Positions 18,479 through 21,371 of a stretch of DNA of 21,371 nt are shown here, in pieces. This DNA is from Nitrososphaeraceae archaeon (GTDB taxonomy: Archaea; Thermoproteota; Nitrososphaeria; Nitrososphaerales; Nitrososphaeraceae). A program made the position numbers and the translations under genes. Under the pieces are notes generated by a model that did not search any database, was not told where the DNA came from, and saw only the letters and a program-made list of their open reading frames with translations. The stretch spans positions 1 to 21,371 of the forward strand of contig DATFEP010000030.1 of the NCBI GenBank assembly GCA_035250975.1, in the 5' to 3' direction. Position 1 is the first letter of the stretch, and the number at the start of each line of letters is the position of its first letter.

Positions 18479-19747
18479 TTATTCTAATCCACTATTTACT
18501 TTAATTATAGTTCTAAAATTATCTTTTGCATATTTTTTTTGGTTAATATAATTTACCAATACGTTTTCATGAATCTTTTGTTGAATTTCAAGTGCCTCTA
18601 ATCCTTGACTTTCAACATTAAATGCCTTTCTGATACTTTTTAATTTATTGTCACTGAATGAATTTGAGTAAATTTGATCGAAATTTATTATAGAATTATC
18701 CATTATAGATGACTTTAAATTTTTTATATCACTTCTATAGTAACCATAATCTTTTCTGTTGAATACACGAAATACTTCTTGCTGATTCATACTTTCGGTG
18801 TTCATCCTTTCGGTGTTTAGGGTTTCTCTATTACTAAACTCTGATGTCATTCTCCATGGAATAAATCTTCCAGTTTTTTTCCTTTGTTGTATTATTTGAA
18901 TGACATTAAGAGGCAATTTCTGAGGGATATGTGAGGTTCCAAAACTATCAATTCCTAATGTAAAAGTAAGAATATCTTTTGCTGGAGTTACATCCGTCTT
19001 ATGTTTTATTCTTGTAAATGGCACATTTAATGCATGGACATAACAATCCTCCTTATACTCCTTTTGTATATCATTAACATAATTGTTCACATCCATTACT
19101 CTAGCAAAAGAATCAATTGGATTATGACCCTCAAAATCCACAATAAATGAGATAATACCTTCATTTTTATAAAAATCAGTCAACTGTATTAACTCATTTC
19201 TGGCGATGAATGGTAAGAATCCCATTATTTCAGCCTTTGAATTAAAGGATTTGAGAATTTCGATGAACTTCTTTAAAAAATTCATATAATCTAAACCTGT
19301 AAGTTGCGGTAAGCGTGGAGGGATAATTGTATCTGCATAAGGATGTGATAGTAGAATACATAAATCTCTAATTTCTGAATCAGTTGGTGGTCTATTGTAG
19401 AAATCTCCTTTTTTCGCATTCTTGTTCTCGTATGAAAAAATTAATAGATTTAATTCCTTTTCCATGTTTGATTTATCAAAAGTGTATCGTAATTTTTTTC
19501 CAAACTCAATTTCTGATTTGGGATCTGAATTTATGTTATCTAACTTCTCCTTTGTAATTGATTTATAGATTTCATTGATTCCTCTAAGTTTATCTTCTTT
19601 AATTAATCTAGATTCAGAGGAAGAATCATTTAGTGTAAATGCTCTTCTTGGCGTAATTATTTCCTTTTCACCAATTTTTAGTTGTAAACTTCTGGCCTTA
19701 GGAAGTGTTTCATCATATCCTCTGATGCGAATGCGAAGATTAGCCAT
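18479..19747 (-). CDS. Uncharacterised protein with a probable tRNA-guanine transglycosylase (TGT)-like TIM barrel, catalytically divergent
   Basis: The 422-aa ORF is clearly coding. N-terminal ARSLQLKIGEKEIITP resembles TGT AR.G.l.....ieTP; VHALNV and LGIDSFG resemble the last barrel strands; C-terminal FNV...LEIQQKIHENVLVNY resembles the TGT HN helix. Fold call is by eye only. Confidence 0.5.
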   Translation of the reverse strand: MANLRIRIRGYDETLPKARSLQLKIGEKEIITPRRAFTLNDSSSESRLIKEDKLRGINEIYKSITKEKLDNINSDPKSEIEFGKKLRYTFDKSNMEKELNLLIFSYENKNAKKGDFYNRPPTDSEIRDLCILLSHPYADTIIPPRLPQLTGLDYMNFLKKFIEILKSFNSKAEIMGFLPFIARNELIQLTDFYKNEGIISFIVDFEGHNPIDSFARVMDVNNYVNDIQKEYKEDCYVHALNVPFTRIKHKTDVTPAKDILTFTLGIDSFGTSHIPQKLPLNVIQIIQQRKKTGRFIPWRMTSEFSNRETLNTERMNTESMNQQEVFRVFNRKDYGYYRSDIKNLKSSIMDNSIINFDQIYSNSFSDNKLKSIRKAFNVESQGLEALEIQQKIHENVLVNYINQKKYAKDNFRTIIKVNSGLE

Positions 19748-19800
19748 ATAATAATTAATAAGCAGTAGATAATAATATTTTAAATTGTGGTATTAAGATA

Positions 19801-20469
19801 ATGAAAAGTGAGAATAAGAAAATAGATTCATTACATTATCCTCCTGAAGAAAAATATTTCCTAGTATTACTATACGCTCCTAATTTATCGAACAAATTTG
19901 CCCAACCAGTCAGAGGTAATCTATGGATGCAAAAGGAAATGTTCGTTCTTTCAAAAATATTAGATGAATTGAATGATTTGAAATTCGATGAACACTTATT
20001 TGGTCCACATAGTCCAATTCTAGAATCTATACAGAATCAGTATCTTAATTCTAAAGTAATTAAACAACAATATCTAAATGGTCCAATTACTCTTACTGAC
20101 AATGGTATAGAATTAGTAAAGAGTATATGGGACAAAATATCTGATGAGAAAAAAAAATTAATTTTAGAAGTTAAACAGTTTTTAAATGATATGAGGACTT
20201 GGGAACTGATTTCATTTATATACTCATCATACCCAGAAACTACTAAAAATTCTGACGTATTAGAAAAATTTCATTCTGAAAGATTGAATTCTGCTATTTC
20301 TTTGTTTAAAAAAAAAAAGATTTCTTTGGAAAAGGCTGCTAGCATTTCTGGTAAAACCTTAGAGGATTTTATTATTTTACTCAAAGAAAAAAAAATTAAA
20401 GCGTTTGAAGTAGATGAGTCAACTCTTAGGGAGGATTTATCATTTTTTGAGAATACTGCTAGATGCTAA
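19801..20469 (+). CDS. Putative antitoxin: N-terminal wHTH (Panacea/DUF4065- or YwgA-like) fused to C-terminal UPF0175 HTH
   Basis: MQKEMFVL...FDEHLFGPHS...ITLTDNG...LISFIYSSYPE in the N-terminal part; AISLFKKKKISLEKAASISGKTLEDFIILLKEKKI...LREDL is the UPF0175 pattern. Confidence 0.75.
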   Translation: MKSENKKIDSLHYPPEEKYFLVLLYAPNLSNKFAQPVRGNLWMQKEMFVLSKILDELNDLKFDEHLFGPHSPILESIQNQYLNSKVIKQQYLNGPITLTDNGIELVKSIWDKISDEKKKLILEVKQFLNDMRTWELISFIYSSYPETTKNSDVLEKFHSERLNSAISLFKKKKISLEKAASISGKTLEDFIILLKEKKIKAFEVDESTLREDLSFFENTARC

Positions 20470-20965
20470 TTTTATAATTAATCTGCAGTATACTAATTGC
20501 GATCAAGTTCTTATTACTCTTGCAAAGAAAAATAGTTGGGATATATATTTACCAAAAATAGCAGAGGCAGAGGCTACACAAAAAAATCCATTGACGAAAT
20601 CTATCTTACAAAACATAAAAAATGGACAAATTATTAGAACTCATGGTAATTCAAATACCATTAATTTATTTCAAAAGTATCATGGAAACTTAGGTAAAGG
20701 AGAACTAGAATCTATGGCTATTGCCTACGATTGTCCAGATAAATCAACAAATCCTTATGTTATTTTATCAGATGACGATAAAGCCAGAAAGAAGGCTAAG
20801 AATTATGGGATTAAATCTCAAGGTATTTTATCAATTTTTATTCTTGCTAATCATCAAGGTTTTCTTGAAAAACAAAAAGCAATTGATTACGTGAAAATTT
20901 TAATCAAAAATAATTTTATTCCCAAACCAAATGCATATTTACTATATCTGAATTCTTTACATTAA
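20447..20965 (+). CDS. PIN-domain (VapC-like, DUF3368-type) putative ribonuclease toxin; start refined from 20414 to TTG 20447
   Basis: MRILLDANFII, EAE, LGKGELESMAIA, ILSDDDKARKKA...GILSI acidic PIN motifs; gggagga at 20429-20435 precedes the TTG; overlaps the upstream gene by 23 nt. Confidence 0.88.
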   Translation: MRILLDANFIINLQYTNCDQVLITLAKKNSWDIYLPKIAEAEATQKNPLTKSILQNIKNGQIIRTHGNSNTINLFQKYHGNLGKGELESMAIAYDCPDKSTNPYVILSDDDKARKKAKNYGIKSQGILSIFILANHQGFLEKQKAIDYVKILIKNNFIPKPNAYLLYLNSLH

Positions 20966-21371
20966 TTTTTCAGTTTATAAATAACGTAACTAAAATTTTA
21001 TTTTTATCCAAATTATACAAAAATATCATCATATAGATACGCAAAAATAAGATATAATAATTATTTTATACAAGAAGTGATTTTAAATTTGAATGGCTCT
21101 ATTAGTTCGATACTAAAATCTATGTCATATACTACCCTTTGAAGAACAAGAAAAATATCTCAAGAGATCAACTATCCTATTGTTTTTTGCAGGAATTTCT
21201 GTATTAAATAATCAAACTCGAAATTAGATCAATATTCAAGATGAAAAGATGGATAGAAGTGTAAATAGATAATTGATTAATAATGATAAATTGATCAACC
21301 ATCCATTATTTGTTATGCTATCTAATACAAAAGAACTATTATTATATACTTGTCAAATATTATTAATTTTA

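Noticed and set aside
21102-21116. T-arm-like hairpin ttag-ttcgata-ctaa as a degenerate att or tRNA fragment
   Set aside because: Only 4 bp of AT-rich stem and no match to the tRNA-Ser T stem or acceptor.
17940-21371. Integrated element with att site at tRNA-Ser
   Set aside because: No integrase and no repeat of the tRNA 3' end seen in the window; it could lie beyond 21371, so island status stays unproven.
1-21371. CRISPR array or rRNA
   Set aside because: No regularly spaced repeats and no long GC-rich structural RNA segment other than the tRNA.

Overview
Very AT-rich archaeal DNA. The gene content (AbrB-PhoU regulator, Hel308/Hjm helicase, AglH/Alg7-type transferase, single-domain cupredoxin, CBS-TrkH fusion, BHB-intron tRNA) points to an ammonia-oxidising archaeon of the Nitrososphaerota, probably Nitrososphaeraceae; this is inference. 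Intact core genes occupy 120-4191 (glycosyltransferase, aspartokinase, ilvE, phosphoribosyltransferase) and 13871-17619 (GlcNAc-1-P transferase, Hel308). Between them is a decaying accessory zone: frameshifted pstS, a pstC::pstA deletion-fusion relic missed by the ORF track, intact phoU, a 121-bp MITE-like element, a thermonuclease with two nonsense codons and a CBS-TrkH with three frameshifts. Several lesions are short tandem duplications. A tRNA-Ser(CGA) with two BHB introns (positions 21/22 and 37/38) lies at 17818-17939. Downstream of it is the best candidate for an undescribed system: a TGT-fold-like protein apparently lacking the catalytic Asp and Zn motifs, divergent across 53 bp from a wHTH/Panacea-like-UPF0175 fusion antitoxin and an overlapping PIN (DUF3368-like) toxin. 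All family calls come from reading motifs by eye; no searches were run.
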